From: Macrostomum hystrix
Lineage: Eukaryota > Animalia > Platyhelminthes
Length of the DNA stretch: 64,000 nucleotides
Assembly: GCA_950097015.1 (NCBI GenBank)
Contig: CATNEN010000029.1
Location: 5,518,001-5,582,000, forward strand
Direction of reading: 5' to 3'
The notes beneath the pieces were generated by a model. That model ran no database searches, was not told the DNA's origin, and saw nothing but the letters and a program-made list of their open reading frames with translations. This document shows positions 1 to 12,300 of the stretch, piece after piece (the first letter of the stretch is position 1; every line of letters begins with the position of its first letter). A program made the translations under genes and the position numbers.

Positions 1-333
1 TTACTATAGTTTTTGTAGTCCTTAGGACATACATTTTTCACATTTTGTTAATGTTTAAAAGTCAAAATTGGAGTGTATAACAAATCTAATTTACTCAGAG
101 GAAAATTATCATTCTCTTAAAAAAATTAAATTACACAACTTTTATTTATTACGAGTACAAACAAAATTGCTCTCCAATGGATGTGGATTGACTATTTAAT
201 GTTTTACTTGCTTCAATCGCTAAATCGAGAACTGAAAGTAGTATTCCCTTTTCAATATAAACATTATTCCTATTCTTGAGTCCTATTATGAAGGATTTTT
301 TGTACCGCAGGCGCCACCAGAAGTCAAACTGAT

Positions 334-3300
334 ATGAGCAGCAGGCACCAGCGCCGTCAGTGTCCACGCCTGCTGGACTATGTGGTCCTGGTGGGCCCAG
401 ATTCGCAGGCCATTGTTTCTGGATCGGACCCAGCCTACACGCGACCCCGCCTCCTTCGTCGCTATCCACCCCTTGATCACGCCGACTTTTGTCTACCGCC
501 AGACATTGTGCACTTTTGCCAGCCGACCGCCTCTTGGCCAACAGCGTCTGGCAGGAGCTTCGCCTTCACCCTCACGGAGAAGGACTCGGGCATTGTGCGC
601 CACGGCGCGTGCCTGGCATTCTCTGTTGGCTCTCCGCCGCGCCCACTCAGCCTGTGCGCCGTTGCTCATCATGCGTTCTACGCAAAGCTGACCGAGTGCC
701 TGCGAGTGCTGCGAGCCATTGTGGACGGATTCGGGTGCGTCGGGGTCATTATGGGCGATGGGAGAATAAACCAGTTTTTAGTGTTCAAAATTGTCACTGG
801 CTGAGTGACAAAAGCCCTAAAAGAAACTATGACTAAATGAATGCTCTGAGATCTCAGCGATAAAGCTTCAGAAGGGAAATTGAACCTTCAGGAAAGCTCA
901 ACCTGCTCCAGCCTCCAGTTCTCACAAACTGGTCTGCCTTCTCATTTCCTGGGAAGCAGCTTAACTGTACCTTTACTGTACATCTGTGTGCTTGCAGCCT
1001 ATCAATGTAGATAAAGAGTCTCTAAAAAATAAATTTTCACTTTTACACACTCTAGAGCATGCCCTTATACTATGAGTAGCATAGTCGGGTTTTCGCACCG
1101 AATTCCCTGAGCTCGGATCCGCATCGAAGTTTAGAGCAAACCCCAAAGGCACAGTGAGTGTTAATTGCCTGACGATGAGACAGTCATGACATATGTACTC
1201 ACCCTATGTGAGTGTATGCGTGCGTACAGAATCGCTTAGGCTGAAGATGCAAAGGATCGGCAGGCAGCCCAATGATGCGTCATTGCCCACAGCCACTGTA
1301 AACATTGGACCAATTGTCTATTACTATGAGTAGGATAGTAGCACAGTGCGTACATTCCATTGCCTCCAAACAAACCGACAGTGACTCAGTGTGGCCTCTG
1401 CTGACCGGCTGGCTGGCCCCGGATTCTGCCAGGGAGCCGGCCCTAAGCAATGCCCGCTCAGTGGAAACCTGGATTCTCCGCCTCCTGTCCGCTCCTGCAC
1501 CTGTGCCAGGCGTCTCCAAGCTACAGGTGAGCAAATTTTTCCGTCTTATACCCCTCACCGGTATTTTAAATATCCACAATTTTTTCTGTATCTCCCAAAA
1601 GTATTCAACCAATCGTCATGAAAATGCAGAACACGGGCAAAAATTTTCGCTCTATCCGATGAAACGTCTTCCAGAATCACCAAACATCTTCCAGAATCAG
1701 CAAACATCTTCCAGAATCACCAAACATCTTCCAGAATCACCAAACATCTTCCAGAATCACCAAACATCTTCCAGAATCACCAAACATCTTCCAGAATCAG
1801 CAAACATCTTCCAGAATCACCAAACATCTTCCAGAATCACCAAACATCTTCCAGAATCACCAAACATCTTCCAGAATCACCAAACATCTTCCAGAATCAA
1901 CAAACATCGGCATCGTCGAGATATTCAACGATTCTCGTCGGGGTGTCTGGTGGCAAAAACCATAAATTTAGACACAATTCTTCTGCTCACAAAATTTCAT
2001 AATGTAACCATGTGGACTATTGTTGTTGATTAGTATATTATTAAAAGAATTGTGGATTCACCATACGTATAGAGGTTTATGCAGAGCAATGTTAGTTGTC
2101 CTTGTCACCAGGGTCTTCGATCTCGACGATGCTGACGTCGGACGGCTTTAAAAGTTAGCTCATCGAAAAGGGCGGAAAATGTTGATTCGGATAGTGGAAT
2201 TTCACTTTAATCGGTCTTTCGGTTTGGGAGCTGTCGTGAAGTACGCAGTGGGTTTTTTAAACTGTTAGCGTTTGTCCGCCTGCCCACCTGCCCAGCTCTC
2301 AGTGCTGCCCGAGTCGCTCTATTCGCCCCTGCTGCTGGCTCTGCCGGATCGGTCCCGCCTGCCGCTGGCCGACTTCGCACTGCACACGCCGCTCCTCCGA
2401 CTCGGCGCGCCACTCTGCCTCTCCCTACTGGCCACGCTCCTGCTTGAGAACAAGGTGGCTTTGCAGGCCGCTGATCCCGGCTGCCTGTCCGTCAGCGTGC
2501 TGGCCCTGGTGGCACTGCTCTACCCGCTGCAGTACGTCTTCCCTGTCATCCCGCTGCTGCCGGCTGGCATGACCGGAGCCGAGCAGCTGCTGCTGGCCCC
2601 GACACCCTATCTGATCGGCCTGCCGAGCGGCTTCCTGAGCAGGCGGCCAGGCTTCCGGCTGCCTGCCGAGGTGGTCCTAGTTGAACTGGATTCCGGCAAG
2701 GTCAGCTCTCCGCTGTTCATTGCTTGCTGCTTTGTGGAAGCTGCTAATGTGTCTTTCGACCCTGTTGGGGTGTCTTCTGCCTCCGCTTATGTGTCTTTCG
2801 ACCCTGTTGGGGTGTCTTTTGCCTCCGCTGATGGGTCTTTCGACCCTTTTGGGGTGTCTTCTGCCTCCGCTTATGTCTTTCGACCCTGTTGGGGTGTCTT
2901 CTGCCTCCGCTTATGTGTCTTTCGACCCTGTTGGGTGTCTTCTGCCTCCGCTTATGTGTCTTTCGACCCTGTTGGGGTGTCTTCTGCCTCCGCTTATGTA
3001 TCTTTCGACCCTGTTGGGGTTTCTTCTGCCTCCGCTTATGTGTCTTTCGACCCTGTTGGGGTGTCTTCTGCCTCCGCTTATGTGTCTTTTGACCAGGTTG
3101 GGGTGTCTTCTGCCTCCGCTGATGTGTCTTTCGACCCTGTTGGAGGTGTCTTATGCCTCCCCAGAAGTGTCTGTTGCCCCTCTCATTCGAGTGTATTTTT
3201 ATTTTTCGCCCTAGAGCATAGCTATTTCAAACCGAAACATTCGTCAAACATTCGTCTTTGTATCTAGTTCCTACTAGCTGACTAGTTAGTCATTACCGCT

Positions 3301-6300
3301 GTATGGTGTCAGCTAATTGTCAACGTTTAGGCTTGGAGCTGAGTGTCCGTTAGCGCTTTTTCTACTGGAAACGGGAAACCGTTGGTTGATTATTCCACTT
3401 TTTTAAAAAGTTCTTGTGGCACACCCGCGGAAACTCCGTCCGTGATTTCGTTCCAGCCAATGAGAGAGCTTGTAAAGCCTCAGCCAATGGCAGAGCGGGA
3501 AGGATTAGAGTTTCCTCCATAGCTAGGTTATTAAAAATAACTCTCTTGTATTAGAGTTTCATCCAGCTTAGTGAGTAACTTGTTTAATCTACGAGGCCGC
3601 TGATTTCCTTTTGAATTCGAACCGCATAATTAATATCCGCCCTTTCATCCGCTTACCGCTGTAGTAAACAAAAGGAGTCGATTCTTGATTTTTACCATTA
3701 ACCCCACCAGGTGACATCCGGGGCCTCGAGTCTCTGCCAGTTGAGCAGTCTGCCAGAACAGGAGCAAAAACTGCTCTGCAAGCAGTTGAACCAGGTGAGC
3801 CGCAATTTAAGGGCTAGTTAATAATAATAATAAAATAGTAATCATTGATTATACCTGCCCCAGTCGGACCAGATGTGTAGCCGACAGCACAGCCGCAGCA
3901 AACAGGCTGCGTACGGCTGTTCAGTCCATGGACTGGGGGGACGCCACACCCACCCTCAAATTACCCCAGCTAATGCTGGTACCCATTTAACAGCTCATAG
4001 GTGAACTGAAGCACTGCAGAATGCAGTGTCTTGCTAAAGAATACAAATTGTTCCGGTGTAGTCAGGAATCGAACCCCCGACCTTTAAGTCGTGAGTCCGA
4101 CGCTCTAACCACAATGGAACAGCCCTTTTGGCAGAATAGCCACAACAGGGCAAATTAACTACTAGCGAGTAGTAAGTAATCAATATACTTAAATTATGAC
4201 ACCAAAAGTGCTTCCCCATTCTTCCATTTCAGTACCTGGATGTAAGTTATGGTTGGGCTTGTCTTTTTTTCGGAAGATTTGAATTTTGTGTCGCATCTTT
4301 AATGCATTTTTTAATCTTCTAATAGACATAGCCAAGCGTTTGCACAGAACAGAATTAGTATTTCAATTCCTCGGGGATTGATTGAAGCGTTTTATTCCTA
4401 TTTAACTGATTTTATTGAGTGATTGGCTGCCATTCATTGAATTATTTAACGGAAAGCCATAATTTGCATAACAAATCACACCCTTTGGTAATAACAAACC
4501 TATCACAGTGCCTCCCTGTAGCCATTTAATACGCCTTACTCACTACTAACAAGAGTAACTGCACTGATCACGCGATTTAATAATATTCCTTTAGTAGCTG
4601 CAACCGTTTCGCAATCGATTTTTTTTGTCTAGCAAAATTACCACTTACAGTACTAAGTACTGGGTCATTTTATTTATTGTGGTAACCAAGCCATGCGTGC
4701 TCGAATCCGGCTTTCCTAGTCTCTATTTACAATATAAGATCTCGTTTTCTGATCCAAGATCCCAATATAGAATCCAAGAAATCCCAGATCCCTACTCCAA
4801 GTCTCAGATAAAATTTATAATCCCAGATCCCTTTTCAAAATACCAGATCACATTTCAGAATCCCAGATCCCGTTTCAAAATACCAGATCACATTTCAGAA
4901 TCCCAGATCCCGTTTAAAAACCCCAGATCACATTTCATAATCCCAGATCACATTTCATAATCCCAGATTCCGTTTCAAAATCCCAGATCCCATTTCGAAA
5001 TTCGATCACATTTCAGAATCCTACTCATGATACCAGATCCCTACTCATGATCCCAGATCCCTACTCATGATCCCAGATCCCTACTAATGATACCAGATCC
5101 CTACTCATGATACCAGATCCCTACTCATGATCCCAGATCCCTACTCATGATACCAGATCCCTACTCATGATCCTAGATCCCGACTTTAATCCCAGATCCC
5201 TAATCATGATCCTAGATCCCTACTCATGATCCCAGATCCCTACTCATGATCCTAGATCCCTACTCATGATCCCAGATCCCTACTCATGATCCTAGATTCC
5301 TAAATACGCTCGTAGATTCCCATATAAAAATCTCATTAATTTTATGTCCTATCAAAATGGCCAAACTTTTTTCTTGTTAAAACAAAGAGCTCAATTAGTC
5401 AAATCGACTTGCGCTGTGTTATCCTTATTCATTCGTGTATGCCCCTGATTCGTCCCCTCCTTAAGGCTCTTACCAGCATGCGCGAGAGCCAATCGCAGCC
5501 CATCGCCAACCTGGACTCGCTGGTGGCTGCCCCGTCTGGCCAGCTGCCTCCGCCACCGCCTCCACCGACCTCCATGCGTCACCAGCTGGTGTTTGGCAAC
5601 GATATCGACTCGGTGGACGTCGGGATTCGAATCTCCACCGCCCAGTTCTTTGCTTCGCCAGCTCTGCTAGGTGAGACTTCCGAATGCCTTGTAAGATATT
5701 CCAGTTCTCAAGATTGTTTTGGAATCTTCTCAAGATTGGAACCTTCTCAAGATTCTTTGGAATCTTCTCAAGGTTCTTTGGAATCTTCTCAAGATTCTTT
5801 GGAATCTTCTCAAGATTCTTTGGAATATTCTCAACATTCTTTTGAAGTGTCTCAAAAGTACATCGTCCCGTTACAGGCAACGCTGCTGAGCACAGCCGCT
5901 GCCTTCGCGCCCGACCCAGGCCGGTTGTGGCCTTCCAGTGTCGCGCATTTCTTCGCTCCAGGCCGCGCCGCGCAGTCAGCCAGTTCACCGACGCCCTGGC
6001 CCGCACGCAGGCCATCGAGTGCCTCGCCGAGTGGTGCCATTCGCCGGACAATTTGGCCTACGAGAGAATCGGCACCGGACTCCGCGATCCGGCGACCGTT
6101 GGCGACAAAGCCAAATGGTTCAGCCGGGATCTGCGTCGCGTCTGTCACGATTGCTGCGACGGTGAAGGCGCCGCGGCGAGGTTTCAACCAGTCTGGCCGA
6201 CCGCCGATCCGTCAGCTGAGCTCGAGGCTGGGCCCGCCGCGGCTAGTTCTGGGGCGGCGCCGCCGCTGCCGCTCGACCGCAGTCTGGCCGACGGCGACCA

Positions 6301-9300
6301 CGGCGGAGGTCTGGCGGTGCTGAACTCGGCCGAGTTTTCCGCGGCATTTCAGCCACCGAAATTGCCGCCGCTGCCTACGATAGACGGCGAGGACGGAGAG
6401 GGTGACTGTGTCTACAATAGTGGCGACGCCGACAGCATTAGCCAGAGCGGCGACGGCGGCTCGTCAAGTGAATTCAGCGGTGAAAGCGGCGACGATGAGG
6501 TTGACGAAGGCCTTGGTGACTGCGTGAGTGTAGCAATAATTCTACTAGATCCTCACGGTTGGGATGTTATTCTACTAGATCCTCACAGTTGGGATGTTAT
6601 TCTACTAGATCCTCACGGTTGGGATGTTATTCTACTAGATCCTCACGGTTGGGATGTTATTCTACTAGATCCTCACAGTTGGGATGTTATTCTACTAGAT
6701 CCTCACGGTTGGGATGTTATTCTACTAGATCCTCACGGTTGGGATGTTATTCTACTAGATCCTCACGGTTGGGATGTTATTCTACTAGATCCTCACGGTT
6801 GGGATGTTATTCTACTAGATCCTCACAGTTGGGATGTTATTCTACTAGATCCTCACGGTTGGGATGTTATTCTACTAGATCCTCACGGTTGGGATGTTAT
6901 TCTACTAGATCCTCACAGTTGGGATGTTATTCTACTAGATCCTCACGGTTGGGATGTTATTCTACTAGATCCTCACGGTTGGGATATTATTCTACTAGAT
7001 CCTCACGGTTGGGATATTATTCTACTAGATCCTCACGGTTGGGATATTATTCTACTAGATCCTCAGTGTTTCCTCTCCTTTTCAGATGTCCAACAGCCAG
7101 CTGTCGCACTCAATGTCCACCTTAACAGCCAGGTAATTGTCTGCTAAACAAGTTTAGATATACGACAAAGACCCTGGAAATGATATCCTCAATTTTCCAG
7201 GTCCGCACGTTCGGCCATTGCCGGTCAGCCGCCGTCATCGTCGGACTCAGTGACAGACAGCGGCCTGTCTGCAACGATAGGCGGAGTATCTCGAAGCTCG
7301 GTTGGCATAGCCGGGCCTCAGTTCAGCCGGTCTGGCAGCGTTCGCTATTCCAGCACCTCCGATTTGAGTAGCCTGCGCTCACAGGTGCGCTACAGTCACG
7401 ACGATTCGAGCCTCGGTGGTAGAAGCCACGGCAGCGGTTTTCTGTCTGAAATCAGCGAGAGCCTCGGCAATCGGGCTGGTGCCCGCATCGGTGAGGTTTT
7501 GGGTAAGTCAAAACTTATTTTTAACAGTCGGACTAGGGGGGGAATTTTCTCAGAAAATTTTTGGCAATACCTGAATGCTAACAGCGTTGGGTGGTGACTG
7601 ATTGGTTGACAATCTAAGCGATGGTGTCCTGAGGTTGAGCTGCGCCTGTGCCTTCAAGGGCTTGATCAGTGAAATTGGAGAAATTCGCGTCAGGATGTCC
7701 ATTGTGGCCTAGTTCCACCTGTTCTAGCCCTTGAAGGTCCAGCAAGTCCGTCTAGATAAAGGTAGGTGACCACCGAAGACGGAGATGATGCAGGCACATT
7801 TGGGTGACATGCTGATAAATTTTGAAGGCCTGGCAAGGCCGCACTGAGGCGCAGTGCTAATTCGTGTATAGGGAAAATCCGACCTTCGGCCAGAACCGTT
7901 GAATATCTCGACGGTGTGAAGAGCTGGCGACTTGATTCTTGTTTCAGAAGATGCGCAACAAAACGTTGGCCGAGTTTGGTGTGCTTGCGTTGCTCCGTTC
8001 GGGTGCAACAAATTTGTTCCCCCCCTCCTTGATAGTTCTGAGCTCGATTCCGCGGCGGACCACATTCGTTTGGGTCGCAGCCGCGGAGAGAAGGCTTGGG
8101 GGCTTGTAGTGTAATTTACGCCCTTGAGGGTTAACCTCCAAGACACAGTGAGAGTGTGTGGCAGATGTACGCACCCCCTGTGTGGGCGTATGATTGCGTA
8201 CAGTACCTGTGGGCGTGTGTGCTCAGGAGTCAGCGAAACGGGCAGAATTGCCTCATCGCTGGCTGCGGGTGTAGTGTCACCAAATGATGTGCTATTGCAC
8301 ACAGCCCTCCAGCATTTATTATTATTAAAGGGCTAGGCAAATTAATCAATGCACGCCGCGACACTCTCGCAGCTCACCAGACTGCGGTGCGCCGGGGCCG
8401 CCCGCCAGCCACGGTGACTGGCGCTGGCCTGGAGGAAGAGCAGCGCTTCCTGCGCGAGGTGGCCTCCGGGGTGCTCGCAGGCCAGGGCGTCGGCTTCATC
8501 ACCAAGTCGCTACGACTGAACAGCCTGATGTGCCAGGAGCGCTGCCGGGCCCTCCTGCTGGCGCTGCTTCGTCAGCGGCCGCCAAACTCGGCTGCCGCCG
8601 CGGCCGCCAGCGACGCCGTCGGTGCCGCTCGCCTGGCCGACGTTCCACTGCGGCCATCCGTTTTCCGCGGCCTCCTTGACGTCCTGCGCGCTGTTGTCGC
8701 TGGCCTGACCTCGCAGTACTCCAGCAGCAACGGCAGCGGTGGAAGCGGCAGCGACGGAGGAGGCGGCGGCGGCGGCGGCGGCGGCGGTGTAGCCTCCGCA
8801 ATGCTGCTGCTGGAGATCGCCTATACGCATTATTGCGAGACCAGGCAGGCAAGTTCCTGCTGATGTTGGCATGTGTGGCAGGACAAACTACTGAATAGTA
8901 GGATGAATTGCATCCTACTCCTGAGCACACACGCACACAGATACTGTACGCAGGCACACGCTCACACAGGTGTGTTGGAGAGTATGTGTCAATCTCAAAC
9001 AGTGTTGGAGAGTCTGTGAATCTCAAACAGTGTTGGAGAGTCTTTGTCAATCTCAAACAGTGTTGGAGAGTCTTTGTCAATCTCAAACAGTGTTGGAGAG
9101 TCTGTGAATCTCAAACAGTGTTGGAGAGTCTGTGAATCTCAAACAGTGTTGGAGAGTCTTTGTCAATCTCAAACAGTGTTGGAGAGTCTTTGTCAATCTC
9201 AAACAGTGTTGGAGAGTCTTTGTCAATCTCAAACAGTGTTGGAGAGTCTGTGAATCTCAAACAGTGTTGGAGAGTCTTTGTCAATCTCAAACAGTGTTGG

Positions 9301-12300
9301 AGAGTCTTTGTCAATCTCAAACAGTGTTGGAGAGTCTTTGTCAATCTCAAACAGTGTTGGAGAGTCTTTGTCAATCTCAAACAGTGTTGGAGAGTCTTTG
9401 TCAATCTCAAACAGTGTTGGAGAGTCTTTGTCAATCTCAAACAGTGTTAGAGAGTCTTTGTCAATCTCAAACAGTGTTGGAGAGTCTTTGTCAATCTCAA
9501 ACAGTGTTGGAGAGTCTTTGTCAATCTCAAACAGTGTTGGAGAGTCTTTGTCAATCTCAAACAGTGTTGGAGAGTCTTTGTCAATCTCAAACAGTGTTGG
9601 AGAGTCTTTGTCAATCTCAAACAGTGTTGGAGAGTCTGTGAATCTCAAACAGTGTTGGAGAGTCTTTGTCAATCTCAAACAGTGTTGGAGAGTCTTTGTC
9701 AATCTCAAACAGTGTTGGAGAGTCTTTGTCAATCTCAAACAGTGTTGGAGAGTCTTTGTCAATCTCAAACAGTGTTGGAGAGTCTTTGTCAATCTCAAAC
9801 AGTGTTGGAGAGTCTGTGAATCTCAAACAGTGTTGGAGAGTCTTTGTCAATCTCAAACAGTGTTGGAGAGTCTTTGTCAATCTCAAACAGTGTTGGAGAG
9901 TCTTTGTCAATCTCAAACAGTGTTGGAGAGTCTTTGTCAATCTCAAACAGTGTTGGAGAGTCTGTGAATCTCAAACAGTGTTGGAGAGTCTTTGTCAATC
10001 TCAAACAGTGTTGGAGAGTCTTTGTCAATCTCAAACAGTGTTGGAGAGTCTTTGTCAATCTCAAACAGTGTTGGAGAGTCTTTGTCAATCTCAAACAGTG
10101 TTGGAGAGTCTGTGAATCTCAAACAGTGTTGGAGAGTCTTTGTCAATCTCAAACAGTGTTGGTGAGTCTGTAACAACCCTAATCCGGCTAGTCAAACTAA
10201 TCCAGTCCTTATTATTTTCAGAAATCGGACTCCAGTTTTGACGACAGGCAGGCCAGAGACTGGGACTCCTCTAGCTTCATGTCAACATTTAGTGAGTGGC
10301 ATTGTTAATTAGTGTTGTTGCATTGCCTTCTTTGAGAAAAATCGTGCTAATTGTTTAATTGCTGCTTAAAAAATGAAAAAATTCAAGGGTAAATTTCCCT
10401 CCTTTTCATAATTTCTACTCGGATCGCCGAAATTGTCAGTCGAAAGTACGAGTAAATGTACTTTTAACCGTGATTTTAGTTTTCAAAGCCATCTTTGCAC
10501 CGAGTTTTACTCGTTCTCATGTCCCTTAATTTTTCATCTGTTTTTACTTTTTTGCTATTTGTATCCTTAAAATAATGTAAATTTCCCACCCTGCCGGTTG
10601 CTGGAGAACAGACATTGCTGCTTTTTGGTACTTTATTACGTAAAAGCATAGTCATCTTAAAATCCGCTTTAGTGATTTTATAATTTTCTGATTTGATACG
10701 ACCTAAGCGACAGCATTAACAGTTATCCCCTGAACCTTCAGTGCATTGACAGCTATCCCCTGAACCTTCAGTGCATTGACAGCTATCCCCTGAACCTTCA
10801 GTGCATTGACAGTTATCCCCCTGAACCTTCAGTGCATTGACAGTTATCCCCCTGAACCTTCAGTGCATTGACAGTTATCCCCCTGAACCTTCAGTGCATT
10901 GACAGTTATCCCCCTGAACCTTCAGTGCATTGACAGTTATCCCCCTGAACCTTCAGTGCATTGACAGTTATCCCCCTGAACCTTCAGTGCGTCGACAGTT
11001 ATCCCCTAAACCTTCAGTGCATTGACAGTTATCCCCCTGAACCTTCAGTGCATTGACAGTTATCCCCCTGAACCTTCAGTGCATTGACAGTTATCCCCCT
11101 GAACCTTCAGTGCATTGACAGCTATCCCCTGAACCTTCAGTAAATTCCCAGTTATCCCCCTGAACCTTCAGTGAATTCCCAGTTATCCCCCTGAACCTTC
11201 AGTAAATTCCCAGTTATCCCCCTGAACCTTCAGTGAATTCCCAGTTATCCCCCTGAACCTTCAGTGAATTCCCAGTTATCCCCCTGAACCTTCAGTAAAT
11301 TCCCAGTTATCCCCCTGAACCTTCAGTAAATTCCCAGTTATCCCCCTGAACCTTCAGTGAATTCCCAGTTATCCCCCTGAACCTTCAGTGAATTCCCAGT
11401 TATCCCCCTGAACCTTCAGTAAATTCCAGTTATCCCCCTGAACCTTCAGTAAATTCCCAGTTATCCCCCTGAACCTTCAGTGAATTCCCAGTTATCCCCC
11501 TGAACCTTCAGTAAATTCCAGTTATCCCCCTGAACCTTCAGTAAATTCCCAGTTATCCCCCTGAACCTTCAGTGAATTCCCAGTTATCCCCCTGAACCTT
11601 CAGTGAATTCCCAGTTATCCCCTGAACCTTCAGTGAATTCCCAGTTATCCCCTGAACCTTCAGTGAATTCCCAGTTATCCCCTGAACCTTCAGTGAATTC
11701 CCAGTTATCCCCCTGAACCTTCAGTGCATTTAAACTTTAATAGTTGATTTCAATATAAGCAACAATATTCAACAGTTACTATACAGACCCATCGCATTAC
11801 GCATCTATATTAAAGTTGGTTGGCACTGTTTGCTTAATTAGTTTTACCTCTTGTTGTAGCGGATTGGTTTAAAGAGATTCGCCGAGACTCTGAAACCGCG
11901 GGTGCCTCGCGTAGAGCCAGCCAAGGTTTGTCGAAAATCACTAGATGCAATCCTGAGCTGTAGTTGTTTATTGTTTATTTGTTTATTATTTACTGTTTAG
12001 ACTATGACTGCAAGCACAATGACAAAAAAATCAATATAAAAATCACAGTTGCTCACAATAACAGTTATTTCACGATTTTCTAACCTCCCATCTAACACGA
12101 TTTGATTACCTAATTGCACCTAATTGCCTTGATTGACCTGTTTTGTCATTGTATTGCTTCAACAAATTTTACCTGCCGCACTAAACCTTTTTTAACCGTA
12201 CTTTCAGTGGCCATTGCGGAGTCTAGTATGACACCTTTTATCGTCAATCTTAACCTAACTCAATAGATTTTTTTATCTATAAGAATATATAATTCATTTG

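Noticed and set aside
4045-4120. tRNA genes here and at ~39940-40000, ~51730-51770, 53785-53850 and 60560-60632
   Set aside because: A/B boxes are present but no complete cloverleaf could be built. Most run into SINE bodies, so they are SINE heads or remnants.
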